Shown: piece after piece, positions 29,038 through 37,857 of the stretch
How the letters are laid out: every line of letters begins with the position of its first letter
Numbering within the stretch: position 1 is the first letter of the stretch
Assembly: GCA_035605655.1 (NCBI GenBank)
Contig: DASZKO010000085.1
Span: 1,409 to 65,408 of the forward strand
Length of the DNA: 64,000 nucleotides
Source of the DNA: Caulobacteraceae bacterium
GTDB lineage: Bacteria > Pseudomonadota > Alphaproteobacteria > Caulobacterales > Caulobacteraceae
Reading direction: 5' to 3'
Made by a program: the position numbers and the translations under genes
Notes under the pieces: model-generated
What the model was told of the DNA's origin: nothing
Databases searched by the model: none
Seen by the model: only the letters and a program-made list of their open reading frames with translations

Positions 29038-30012
29038 TCAGGTGGCGCGAAGGCCGAGGCCGTCGATGTCGCGCATCATCTCCGCGGGCAGTGGACCCTC
29101 CGCCTCGGCTTCGAGGCAGGCGGCCAGCTCGGCGCGGTTCTTGACCCCCAGGATCACCGTGTCGACGCCGGCCATGGACAGGGCATAGCGATGGGCCATC
29201 ACCGCCGGATCGGCGCCCAGCCGCGCGCAGAGCTCGCGGAACGGAGCGGCGCGATCATAGTCGGTGCGCTCGGGGTGATTGGGTGAGATCTGGCGATCGA
29301 TGGCGGCGGTCAGCGCCCCGGCCTGGACGGCGCGGATTCCCATGACCCCCACGCCTCTGGACTTGGCGGCGGCGATGATCTCCCGCGGCCGGGGCGGCTC
29401 GACGTAGCTGCGCATGCCGCCGGGGCTGTCGAGGAGGTTGGCGACCGCCTGCACCACGTCCGGCGCCGGGGAATGGGCGAGCGCGGCGAGAATCGAATCC
29501 GGCACGCCGACACCGGTGATCCCCCAAGCGCCGATTCGGTCGCTCGCCTTCAGACTCTGCATCGCCGGGACGACCGCCTCGACATAGACGCTCCAGGAAG
29601 TGGCGAAGCTTTCCTGGCGTTCCGCGTGGCGGAGATAGACGTAGCCATCGGGGGCGATGTTGCTGTGCAGGATAAAGATATCGGCGCGCTGAAGGCGCAT
29701 GACGTTGAGGCTGTTCTCCAGCGAAGCTTCCAGGCGATCCGCCACGTCGCCTATCGGTGGTGTCCCCAGCTGATGCTTGGTGGTGATGCGGACGCCAGGC
29801 GGCAGGGCGCCGGCGAAAGCCTCGCCGACCACCTGCTCACAGTCGCGGTACATCGGGGCGGTGTCGATGAGGGTGATCCCGCCCGCCACGGCGGCGTGGA
29901 CGGTGGCCACCGCCTCGTCGATCGACGTCTCGCCCCATATCCGCCCCAGACCTCCGCCGCCCAGGGTGAGGCGGCTGACGCCGTCGAACGGTCCAAGCCG
30001 GGTCAGGTTCAT
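29038..30012 (-). CDS. Aldo/keto reductase
   Basis: SRLTLGG, GITLIDTAPMY, ITTK, SL..M...D..ILH, G.I.AWGIT. Confidence 0.85.
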   Translation of the reverse strand: MNLTRLGPFDGVSRLTLGGGGLGRIWGETSIDEAVATVHAAVAGGITLIDTAPMYRDCEQVVGEAFAGALPPGVRITTKHQLGTPPIGDVADRLEASLENSLNVMRLQRADIFILHSNIAPDGYVYLRHAERQESFATSWSVYVEAVVPAMQSLKASDRIGAWGITGVGVPDSILAALAHSPAPDVVQAVANLLDSPGGMRSYVEPPRPREIIAAAKSRGVGVMGIRAVQAGALTAAIDRQISPNHPERTDYDRAAPFRELCARLGADPAVMAHRYALSMAGVDTVILGVKNRAELAACLEAEAEGPLPAEMMRDIDGLGLRAT

Positions 30013-30191
30013 AGCGCGCCTCCTCGCCGGCCCTCGCCGTAACCCGGAGCGGCCGTCGCGGCAAACCCGGCTGTGATCGCGGGGGCGGCGACTGGCAATT
30101 CGCTGCGTCGAATTGGCCTTTTGGGAAAGGCAGCGCTTGCAGTCGGGTCTGCTTCGGGAGCTATTTGCGGGCAACCAAATTGGGGGGATTC

Positions 30192-32939
30192 ATGACGGCT
30201 TTCACGGTCGCGAGCGGTGGCTCGCTGCATGTCGGCAGCGGCACGATCTATGGATATGGGGTCGTCGCTTACAGCTATGCCAGCATCACCAACGACGGCT
30301 CCATCGAGGGCGCGGGCATCGTCGCCTATGGCGGCGTCACCATAACCAACAATGGCGGCATCAGTTCGGCTGGCACGGCGGTGCAGGCCGAGGCATACGG
30401 CGTCAGCCTGACCAACAACGGCGCCGGCGTGATCCTCGGCGGCGATGGAACGGCCGGCGCGGCAGGGACGGTCGGCTACAACATCTACGCTCACACCAAC
30501 ATTGCCGGCGACGGCTACGACGGAGGGAAAGGCAGCGGGGGCGTCGTCGTCGACAATTCCACCTACTCCGGCTCCGCCATGTTCAAGAACTACGGGGCGG
30601 TCAGCGGCGGAAAGGGCGGGGCCGGCGGCATCGGCGCGAACGAACCGACCGGGCTGACGGCAGGGACCTACAGCATCGGCGGCGGTCGCGGGGGCAGTGG
30701 CGGCGAAGGCGGACATGGCGTCGTCGTCATAGGCCTGTTCGGCTCGAACGGCGGCCAGATCACCGGCGCGGCCGGCGGCGACGGCGGCCAGGGCGGCCTG
30801 GGCAACGGTCAGAGCGGGAATGCGCTTGGCGGAAACGGCGGTTCGGGCGGTAGCGGCGGCAATGGTGTCTATGGCGGCGACGAGCGATTCATCAACCAAC
30901 CCGTCTATGCCGTCGCCGGCGCCTATCAATCCGCCCACGGCGCCGGAACGATCACCGGCGGCGCCGGCGGCAAGGGGGCCGACGGGATTTCGGAAACCAA
31001 CCCAGCCTATCCGGGTGTCGGCGGCCAGGGTGGCAACGGCGGATCCGGCGGCTTTGGCGTGCGCTTCGAGAACGGCGAATTCGACAACTACGGCACGGTG
31101 ATCGGCGGCGCCGGGGGCGCCGGGGGCAACGGCGGACGCGGCACAGCCGACGGAGCGTCCGGGTTTGCCGGCAATGGCGCCACAGGGGGATATGGCGTCG
31201 TCGTCTATGGCGGCCTGATCTACAACCGCGGCGCGGTCAGGGGCGGCGACGGCGGGGCCGGCGGCAACGAGTACGGAACCGCCAGCTACGATACCGGCGG
31301 GTCGGGCGCCCACGGCGGCGGCGGCGTGGGCATGATCGAGTCCACGCTGATCAACTACGGCGTCATCACGGGGGGCGCGGGCGCGGCCGGTGGCTCCGGC
31401 TACCACTCGGGTTATACCGGTCGGTCGGGCATCGCCGTGGTCGCGGGCTTCGGTGGTTCGGTCATCAACAAGGGCGGCACCCTGTCCGGCACGATAGGCG
31501 TTGCTGAGATTCCCATCCCGGCCCCCTTCGGCCTCACGGTCGCCAACTATGGCGGGTTGATCAGCGGAACAGAGGCGTCAGTCGAATTTGCGCGAGCCAG
31601 CGACCTGCTGATTGTCGGGGACAAGGCGAAGTTCGTCGGCGAGATCTACGGCGCCGAGGCGACCATCTCCCTGATCACCAGCGGCACGATCACCAATCTC
31701 GGGGCCTATGGGACATTGAGCGGCCGCGCCAGCGGCGAAATCTACCATTTCGCAAACTACGATATCGGGGCCGGCGGACACTGGACGCTGAAGGGCGTGG
31801 TCGAACTGGATTCCACCATGGCCATCAATGACCTTGGCGTGGTGAGGGCTTCGGGCTTCGTCGACAACGGCGGCCATATCACCATTGGTGGTGGGTCGGC
31901 CGCCGCCGACCTCCGGGTCCTGGCCGGCGGCCTTTCGCTGGGTGGCGGCGGGACCGTGACCCTGGCGGGGGCCGGCAGCCGGATCGCGGGGGCCGCGACC
32001 CTCGTCAACGTCGACAACACCATCATCGGTTCCGGGCAGATCGGCGCTGGCCATCTGACGTTGGTCAATCTCGCCCCGGGAGTGATCCATGCGGCGGGCG
32101 GGACTCTGTTGCTCGACGCCCAATCCCCGGTGATCAATTTCGGCCTCATCGAGTCCGACAGCTCTGGCAGTCTCGTCGTTCGCAACGTGACCATCGACAG
32201 TTCAGGAGGCGGGACCGTCACCGACAACGGCAAGCTTCGGCTCAGTGGGGCGACGCTCGCTGGCGGCGCGCTCACCATCGGTTTGGCCGCCGAGATGACC
32301 AGTGGCGCCCATATCTCCGTGATCGATCTTGCCGGCGGGACGGTCAGCAATTCCGGCATCATCTGGGCTGGCAGCGGGGGGCTGCTGATTTCAGGAGATG
32401 TGGCGGGCGCAGGCTTCGCCGAGGCCGGGGGCGGCGATCTCACCATCACGGGCTCCTTGATCGGGACAGGGAGCGGGAGGATCGTCGGGCCGCATGTGCT
32501 GGAAGTCGATGGCTCGATCGGCGGCAACGTCTTCTTCGCCGGGACCGGCGGCGAGCTGAAGCTGGGTGGCGCGCTGGGGGGGAAGATCTATGGGTTCTCC
32601 CATTCCGGCGGCGGCTCGACGCTGGACCTGACGAATCTCAACTTCGCCTCCATAGACCATACGTCCTACAGCGGAACGGCGGCAGGCGGCACGCTCACCC
32701 TCTACGACAGCAGCAACACCGCCTTGGCGTCGATCGGGTTCGCCGGAAACTACCTGCCGCCGGGCAGCACCTTCGTCCTCTCGTCGGACGGCGGCACGGG
32801 AACCGACATCACCGATCCCCCGAGCGCGAGCAAGCTGAGCTCGGCCATGGCGAGTTTCGCGCCCGGCGCCGCATCGACAGGCGCCGCCGCCTCGCACGCC
32901 GGCCATGCCCCGCCGGTGCTCGCCAGCCCGGGAGGGTGA
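30192..32939 (+). CDS. Large glycine-rich repetitive extracellular protein (adhesin/S-layer-like)
   Basis: 915 aa, no Sec signal. GGxGGxG repeat blocks in the N-terminal half, beta-helix-like N.G.I repeats, C-terminal LSSDGGTGTDITDPP...AMASFAP. Confidence 0.7.
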   Translation: MTAFTVASGGSLHVGSGTIYGYGVVAYSYASITNDGSIEGAGIVAYGGVTITNNGGISSAGTAVQAEAYGVSLTNNGAGVILGGDGTAGAAGTVGYNIYAHTNIAGDGYDGGKGSGGVVVDNSTYSGSAMFKNYGAVSGGKGGAGGIGANEPTGLTAGTYSIGGGRGGSGGEGGHGVVVIGLFGSNGGQITGAAGGDGGQGGLGNGQSGNALGGNGGSGGSGGNGVYGGDERFINQPVYAVAGAYQSAHGAGTITGGAGGKGADGISETNPAYPGVGGQGGNGGSGGFGVRFENGEFDNYGTVIGGAGGAGGNGGRGTADGASGFAGNGATGGYGVVVYGGLIYNRGAVRGGDGGAGGNEYGTASYDTGGSGAHGGGGVGMIESTLINYGVITGGAGAAGGSGYHSGYTGRSGIAVVAGFGGSVINKGGTLSGTIGVAEIPIPAPFGLTVANYGGLISGTEASVEFARASDLLIVGDKAKFVGEIYGAEATISLITSGTITNLGAYGTLSGRASGEIYHFANYDIGAGGHWTLKGVVELDSTMAINDLGVVRASGFVDNGGHITIGGGSAAADLRVLAGGLSLGGGGTVTLAGAGSRIAGAATLVNVDNTIIGSGQIGAGHLTLVNLAPGVIHAAGGTLLLDAQSPVINFGLIESDSSGSLVVRNVTIDSSGGGTVTDNGKLRLSGATLAGGALTIGLAAEMTSGAHISVIDLAGGTVSNSGIIWAGSGGLLISGDVAGAGFAEAGGGDLTITGSLIGTGSGRIVGPHVLEVDGSIGGNVFFAGTGGELKLGGALGGKIYGFSHSGGGSTLDLTNLNFASIDHTSYSGTAAGGTLTLYDSSNTALASIGFAGNYLPPGSTFVLSSDGGTGTDITDPPSASKLSSAMASFAPGAASTGAAASHAGHAPPVLASPGG
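30430..31410 (+). repeat. Intragenic degenerate Gly-rich repeats
   Basis: About seven units of I/V-x-GG-[AD]-GG-x-G...G-x-GG-x-GV; boundaries approximate. Confidence 0.6.
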
Positions 32940-32946
32940 GGGCGCG

Positions 32947-34350
32947 TCAGCCGTAGACTTGGCCGCGCCAGGCCGCGAAGCGGGCCGCGGCTTCCTCCGG
33001 GCCGAGACGGGGCGTCACCGGCGGCGCGAAGGCGACCACAGGCTCGGGGCGGCCAATTCCTCGCGCCGCGGCCTTGGCGGCCCCCAGCAAGGTGGCTTCC
33101 GGCGTGGACGTGCGCCGCACCGGGCGATTCACGAGATCGGCGAGGATCTGCACGAAGACCTCGCTTCGGGTGAGGCCGCCGTCGACGCCAAGCACCTCTG
33201 GATAGTCGAAGTCCACCGCGGCATAGACGGCCTCGACGATTTCCCGGACGCGGAAAACCAGGCCCTCCAGGCCTGCGCGGGCGAGATGGGCCCGGCTCAC
33301 GGCGGTCGATAGGCCCGTCAGGGCGGCGCGGCGATTCGGGTCGCCGGCCGGCGCGCCCAGGCCTTGCAGGGCGGGCAGGAAGGCCGCGCCGGCGCTATCG
33401 CCCACCGATCCGGCCAAGGCCCCGAAGGCGGCCTGATCGCCGAGGCAAAGGGCGCCGCGCAACCAATCGAGCGCCGAACCGGCCGAGAGCACCATTCCTT
33501 CGACACAGAAGTCGGTTTTCCCGGCCACGGACGAAACAACAAGCGGCGGCAGGCCCGGCGAGGGAAAGACGAGGCTCCGGCCGGTCATCAAGTCGAAGGT
33601 CGCCGACGTGCCGAAGGTGACCTTGGCGGTCCCCGGCGCCGCGCCGTGGGCGATGAGGGCGCTCTGCTGATCGGCGATGTCGGCGGCAATAGGGGCCGCC
33701 GCGCCGAACACCGACGGCGCGGTCATCGCCAGCTCTCCCCATGTATCGACCAGGGCGGGGAACGCGCCTCTCTCCAGGCCCTGGTGGTCGATGAGAGCCT
33801 CGTTCCAGCCGAGATCCGGCAAGGCGAGATAACCGCTTGGCCAAGCCTGGCTGCGGTCGGTGAGATGGGCGCCGCCGGTAAGACGGAAGATCAGATAGCT
33901 GTCGATGTTGCCCCACGCGAGGCGGGCGGCGGGGGCCTGGACGCCGGCGAAAATCGCCTCGAGCTTGGCGGCGGCCTGCTGCGGGGCGAGCATGTAGCCG
34001 TGAGTTCCCAGCTCACGGGCCCTGGCGACGCCGCGCAAGTCGCTCCAGACCACCAGCGGCGAGAGCGCCGCGCCACTGGCCCGATCCCAGACCACGGCGC
34101 TGGCCCTCTGGGTGGAGACGCCGATGGCGGCGATGTCGGCGGGTCCGAGAGACGCGGCCGCGAGCGAGGCCTGCATGGCCCCGAGCGTCGCCCGCCAGAC
34201 CGCCTCGGCATCCTGCTCGACGCGGCCCGGCTTGGGCGACGTCGACACCAGAGGGGCGGCGACGAGTCCGACGAGTCTCCCGTCCGAGTCGACCAGGGCG
34301 GCGCGGGTCGAGGTGGTCCCGACATCGACGGCGAGGATCAGCTCAGGCAT
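32947..34350 (-). CDS. FGGY family carbohydrate kinase (glycerol kinase-like)
   Basis: LAVDVGTTSTRA, VEQDA, STQR, VWSD.R, IADQQSAL, K.TFGT, FLPAL.GLGAP, VDGG. Confidence 0.9.
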   Translation of the reverse strand: MPELILAVDVGTTSTRAALVDSDGRLVGLVAAPLVSTSPKPGRVEQDAEAVWRATLGAMQASLAAASLGPADIAAIGVSTQRASAVVWDRASGAALSPLVVWSDLRGVARARELGTHGYMLAPQQAAAKLEAIFAGVQAPAARLAWGNIDSYLIFRLTGGAHLTDRSQAWPSGYLALPDLGWNEALIDHQGLERGAFPALVDTWGELAMTAPSVFGAAAPIAADIADQQSALIAHGAAPGTAKVTFGTSATFDLMTGRSLVFPSPGLPPLVVSSVAGKTDFCVEGMVLSAGSALDWLRGALCLGDQAAFGALAGSVGDSAGAAFLPALQGLGAPAGDPNRRAALTGLSTAVSRAHLARAGLEGLVFRVREIVEAVYAAVDFDYPEVLGVDGGLTRSEVFVQILADLVNRPVRRTSTPEATLLGAAKAAARGIGRPEPVVAFAPPVTPRLGPEEAAARFAAWRGQVYG

Positions 34351-35740
34351 CGGGGAAGAGCGTGCCGGGGTTCATCATTCCGCCGGGATCGAGGGCGTGC
34401 TTGAGCTTGCGTAGCAAGCCGATCCCCCCGGGCCCCAACTCGCGCTCCAGCCAGGGGGCGCGGATGCGGCCGATGCCGTGGTGGTGGGCGAGACTGCCGC
34501 CGTGGGCGTCGGTGGCCCGCATGATTGCGTCCCAGGCGGCGAGGTAAGCGCCCTCCATCTGCTCCGGCTCGTCGGTGCGGATGGCGAAACTGAAGTAGAG
34601 ATTGAGGCCGCTGCGATAGGCGTGGGAGCTGTGGGCCGAGCCGTTGAGGCAGCCGGGAATGGCGGCGAGCGCGGCCACGGCGTCTTCATAAACCGCCCCG
34701 ATTTCGCTCCATGGCGCGGAGACCTCCACCGTATCGATGATGATGTTGCGGGCCAGGAAACTCGCCCAGGTCGGCACGGTGTTGCGGTGTTCCAGCCAGT
34801 GTTCGACGATATCGCTTGGGGCTGGCGTCAGACCATGGCGCGCCGCGAATCCCGCCACCGCCGCCGTTTCGGCCGCGACCAGGCCTGCTGGCCCTTCGTG
34901 GACGAGGAGGACGAGGCAGCTCTCGGCCCGGGCGTCGAGGCGGGCGGCCTCGCGTTCGTCGTATTGCCGCACCACCGGCGGGCGCCAGCCGGACTGGATC
35001 AGTTCGCGCTGAAAGGCGAAGCCGCTCGCCATGTCCGGCGCGGCGAAAGCGGAAATGGCCCGGGTCTCGGGGGCCCGCCGCAAGGAGAACGTCACTCCAG
35101 TGACGACACCCAAGGTCCCTTCGCTCCCGAGCATCAGATGACGCAGATCCGGGCCGGCCGAAGCCCTCGGCCCGCGGCCCAGCACCACTACCTCGCCATC
35201 GGGGAGGACCGCCTCGATGGCATAGACGATGTCCTCTATATTGCCGTTGGCCGTGGAGAACTGCCCCGAGGCGCGAGTCGCCACCCAGCCGCCGACGCTG
35301 CTGATCGCCACCGACTGCGGCCAGTGGCCGATGGTCAGGCCGCGCGCCGCCACCGCTTGCTCGGCCTCCAGCCCGTTCTTGCCGGCGTCGAACGCCGCGA
35401 GGAGATTGGTCTCGTCGATCAAGCGAGTGGCGCTCATGGCCCCCATGTCGAGGATCACCGTCTCCGCGCCGGCCAGCACCCCGCCGACCACCCCGCTGCC
35501 GAGACCGAAGGGGGTCACGCTCGCCCCCGCCTCGCGCGTCAGGCGCAGCACGGCCTGGACATCGGCCACGTCGGCCGGCCGGACGACGCAGGCCGCCGGG
35601 GGGCCGGGAGCGCCCAGGAAATCGTGCAGATGGCTCAGCACCCAGTAGTCGTGGCGGCGAGCATCGCGACTGGCTTCGTCGGTGCGCACCTTGTCGGGGC
35701 CGAGAGCGTCGACGAGGCTCTTCACGATCGGTCGCGCCAT
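34343..35740 (-). CDS. FAD-linked oxidoreductase, alkyl-DHAP synthase/YgcU-like
   Basis: PFGLGSGVVGG, GHWPQS..SSVGGWVATRASGQFST..G.IED, GPDL...GSEG.LG, DTVEVS, HSSHAY, HHHGIG, DP...MNPG. Confidence 0.85.
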   Translation of the reverse strand: MARPIVKSLVDALGPDKVRTDEASRDARRHDYWVLSHLHDFLGAPGPPAACVVRPADVADVQAVLRLTREAGASVTPFGLGSGVVGGVLAGAETVILDMGAMSATRLIDETNLLAAFDAGKNGLEAEQAVAARGLTIGHWPQSVAISSVGGWVATRASGQFSTANGNIEDIVYAIEAVLPDGEVVVLGRGPRASAGPDLRHLMLGSEGTLGVVTGVTFSLRRAPETRAISAFAAPDMASGFAFQRELIQSGWRPPVVRQYDEREAARLDARAESCLVLLVHEGPAGLVAAETAAVAGFAARHGLTPAPSDIVEHWLEHRNTVPTWASFLARNIIIDTVEVSAPWSEIGAVYEDAVAALAAIPGCLNGSAHSSHAYRSGLNLYFSFAIRTDEPEQMEGAYLAAWDAIMRATDAHGGSLAHHHGIGRIRAPWLERELGPGGIGLLRKLKHALDPGGMMNPGTLFPDA

Positions 35741-35896
35741 CGGCTGGGTTCTCCGTTGACGGGCGAAGTCCTGCCCAGCTTGCTGAGAGTGCGACCGATC
35801 CCGCCGAGGTGCAACCGCGCCCGCGACCTGCACCCGAATTCGCGCGCTGCGCGTTGACAACCGCGACCGCGGCCATGCGCGGCGGCGGAAAACGCC

Positions 35897-36523
35897 ATGG
35901 TCGACGCCGATGTCCTGAAGTCGCTGAAACCGGAGAGCCTCACCGGCATAGCTCCGCGCATCCGCGATGGCGATCTGCTGCTCTGTTCGGCCCATGACCC
36001 GTTTTCCCGCCTGATCGGTCTGAGCACTCACAGTCCGTGGACGCACGTGGCGCTCGCCTGGCGCTGGCCGAGTCTGGGGCGGATCATGGTCTTCGAAGCA
36101 GTCCAGAAAATCGGCGTACGCACAGTGCCGATGGCGACGTTTCTTCGCCAGAGCAGCACCGGCGTGAAACCCTATCCCGGCAAGATCGTCCTCGCCCGGC
36201 ACCGGGATTTCGCCAAGGCGCACGGCGGCGGCGAGGGGGCGCGCGCCAGGCGTTTCGCGGACTTCGCCGTCGACAAGCTCGGCGATCCCTTCTCGCCGAT
36301 CGAGGTGGCCAAGATCGGCGTCCGTATCGGCGTGGGCGCGCTGGGACGAAAGATGCCTCGCTCGCTGGGTCCCCGCGACGAGTTCATCTGCTCTGAATAT
36401 GTCGCCAGGTGCTTCGCGGCGATCGGCATCCAGATCGCGTGGGACAAGGAGGGCTTCATCGCGCCGGCCGACTTCGCCAATGACCCCAAGGTCGCCGCCA
36501 TCGCGCGGTTCCGGACCCGGTGA
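35897..36523 (+). CDS. Permuted papain-like NlpC/P60 enzyme (YiiX/YebB family)
   Basis: RDGDLLL, SPWTHVAL (His), FEA, FICSEYV (Cys), IAPADF in His-before-Cys order. Confidence 0.8.
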   Translation: MVDADVLKSLKPESLTGIAPRIRDGDLLLCSAHDPFSRLIGLSTHSPWTHVALAWRWPSLGRIMVFEAVQKIGVRTVPMATFLRQSSTGVKPYPGKIVLARHRDFAKAHGGGEGARARRFADFAVDKLGDPFSPIEVAKIGVRIGVGALGRKMPRSLGPRDEFICSEYVARCFAAIGIQIAWDKEGFIAPADFANDPKVAAIARFRTR

Positions 36524-36671
36524 ACGATCCATGATCCAAGCCTTCCTGTACGCCGAAGGCCGCGATCGCCACATCTGATTGGTGATCGGGCTGCTGGCCA
36601 CGGCAAGCGTCGCGGCATGGTCGTCGGGCGGCGGCGGAAGTGGATCTAGGGGAAGTCAGGCCCGACGCGCC

Positions 36672-36881
36672 TCAGGCGCTTTCGTATTTGAAGCTGAGCC
36701 GGAGGCGGCTGCGAAAGCTCTCGATCTCGCCGTTGGAGCCCAGGGTGATGTCGAGCTCGACCACTTCGGCCACGCGCAGATCGCGCAGGGTGCCGGCGGC
36801 GGCGGCGAGGGCTTCCTTGGCGGCGTCCTCCCAGCTGGTCTTGCTGGTGCCGATGATCTCAGTGACGCGATAGACGCTCAT
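36672..36881 (-). CDS. Dodecin family (flavin-binding) protein
   Basis: MSVYRVTEIIGTSKTSWEDAA...LRDLRVAEV.ELD...FRSRLRLSFKYE. RBS GGGAG; hidden at the end of a longer ORF call. Confidence 0.9.
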   Translation of the reverse strand: MSVYRVTEIIGTSKTSWEDAAKEALAAAAGTLRDLRVAEVVELDITLGSNGEIESFRSRLRLSFKYESA

Positions 36882-36957
36882 GGCGGTCTCCCTGAAGAGA
36901 TCCCCCCGGCGCTCATAGGGCTCGGCATTCGCCGTGGCGTCAAGCCGCCGCCTAAGG

Positions 36958-37857
36958 CTATCGCGGGGCGTGTTCCCTGACCCACGCGGCCACCTCGGCA
37001 TGGGTCGCGAACCAGACCTGGCCACGGGTCTTGGCGTGGGCGATGAGTTCGTCGAGGATGAACAGGCGCGAGCGATAGCCGATGATGTGCGGGTGGCATG
37101 TGAGCTGAAAGAGCCCGCCATCGGCCCAGGCCCCGTCGAATTCGCGTCGCCAGATGTCGAGCACGTCGGCCGGGGCGGTGTGTGGCCTCTGCCAGGAGCC
37201 ACGGTTCATGGAGAGATAGGGAGCGTCGTCGCGGATCCACTCCACCGGCAGCTCGACGATGCCGGTCGGCTCGCCGTCTTCGAGGATTTCGTAACAGTCG
37301 AGATCGGCGAACAGAGATGAATCATAGGAAAGGCCCAGCTCGCGCTCGATAGCCAAGGTCGCGGGGCTGAAATCCCATGACGGGGTGCGCAGACCCACCG
37401 GCCGGACGCCGGTAATCGCCTCGAGCGTGTCGGCGGCGCGGAACATCAGCTCGCGTTCGTCCTCGTAGGGGAGAGTCGTGTTGAGCTCGTGGATCCAGCC
37501 GTGCAGGGCGATCTCATGGCCCGCGGCGACGAGCGCCTTCTGCTCGTCCGGATGCAGCAAGGCCGAGACCGCCGGCACGAAGAAGCTCGCCCGCACATCA
37601 TGGCGCTTCAGAAGTTCGGCGATGCGCGGCACTCCGACCCGCGACCCATACTGGCCCCAGGAAAGGCGCGCCACCGAGGCGCCGCCGTCGCGCAGCTCAT
37701 TGGTTTCGTGGTCCGAATCGAACGACAGGGCTATCGCGCAGCGCGCCCCGTTCGGCCACTCCCTTGGTCGCAGAGGCCGCCCGGCCCGGACGTGCTCGAC
37801 GATTCCGCGCCACCGCTCCTCCGGCCACCGCCAGGGTTCCACATCCGCCTCGCTCAT
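36958..37857 (-). CDS. Polysaccharide deacetylase family (CE4, PgdA/PuuE-like)
   Basis: LSFDSD, YGSRVGVPRI, HEIALHGWIHE, RTPSW, YDSS, WIRDD, CHPHIIG.RSR. Confidence 0.88.
   Translation of the reverse strand: MSEADVEPWRWPEERWRGIVEHVRAGRPLRPREWPNGARCAIALSFDSDHETNELRDGGASVARLSWGQYGSRVGVPRIAELLKRHDVRASFFVPAVSALLHPDEQKALVAAGHEIALHGWIHELNTTLPYEDERELMFRAADTLEAITGVRPVGLRTPSWDFSPATLAIERELGLSYDSSLFADLDCYEILEDGEPTGIVELPVEWIRDDAPYLSMNRGSWQRPHTAPADVLDIWRREFDGAWADGGLFQLTCHPHIIGYRSRLFILDELIAHAKTRGQVWFATHAEVAAWVREHAPR

Noticed and set aside
30060-30095. c-di-GMP-I riboswitch-like start GGCAAACC upstream of the adhesin-like gene
   Set aside because: No GNRA loop on the stem and no downstream GACGCAAA or receptor elements
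30192-31410. Horizontally acquired mycobacterial PE-PGRS gene
   Set aside because: No PE domain. The similarity is low-complexity glycine content only
34343-36601. 752-aa call for the FAD oxidoreductase (likewise 7926-9692 and 56869-57894)
   Set aside because: Over-extended starts running through neighbouring genes. Shorter starts with an RBS or stop-start overlap fit the family lengths
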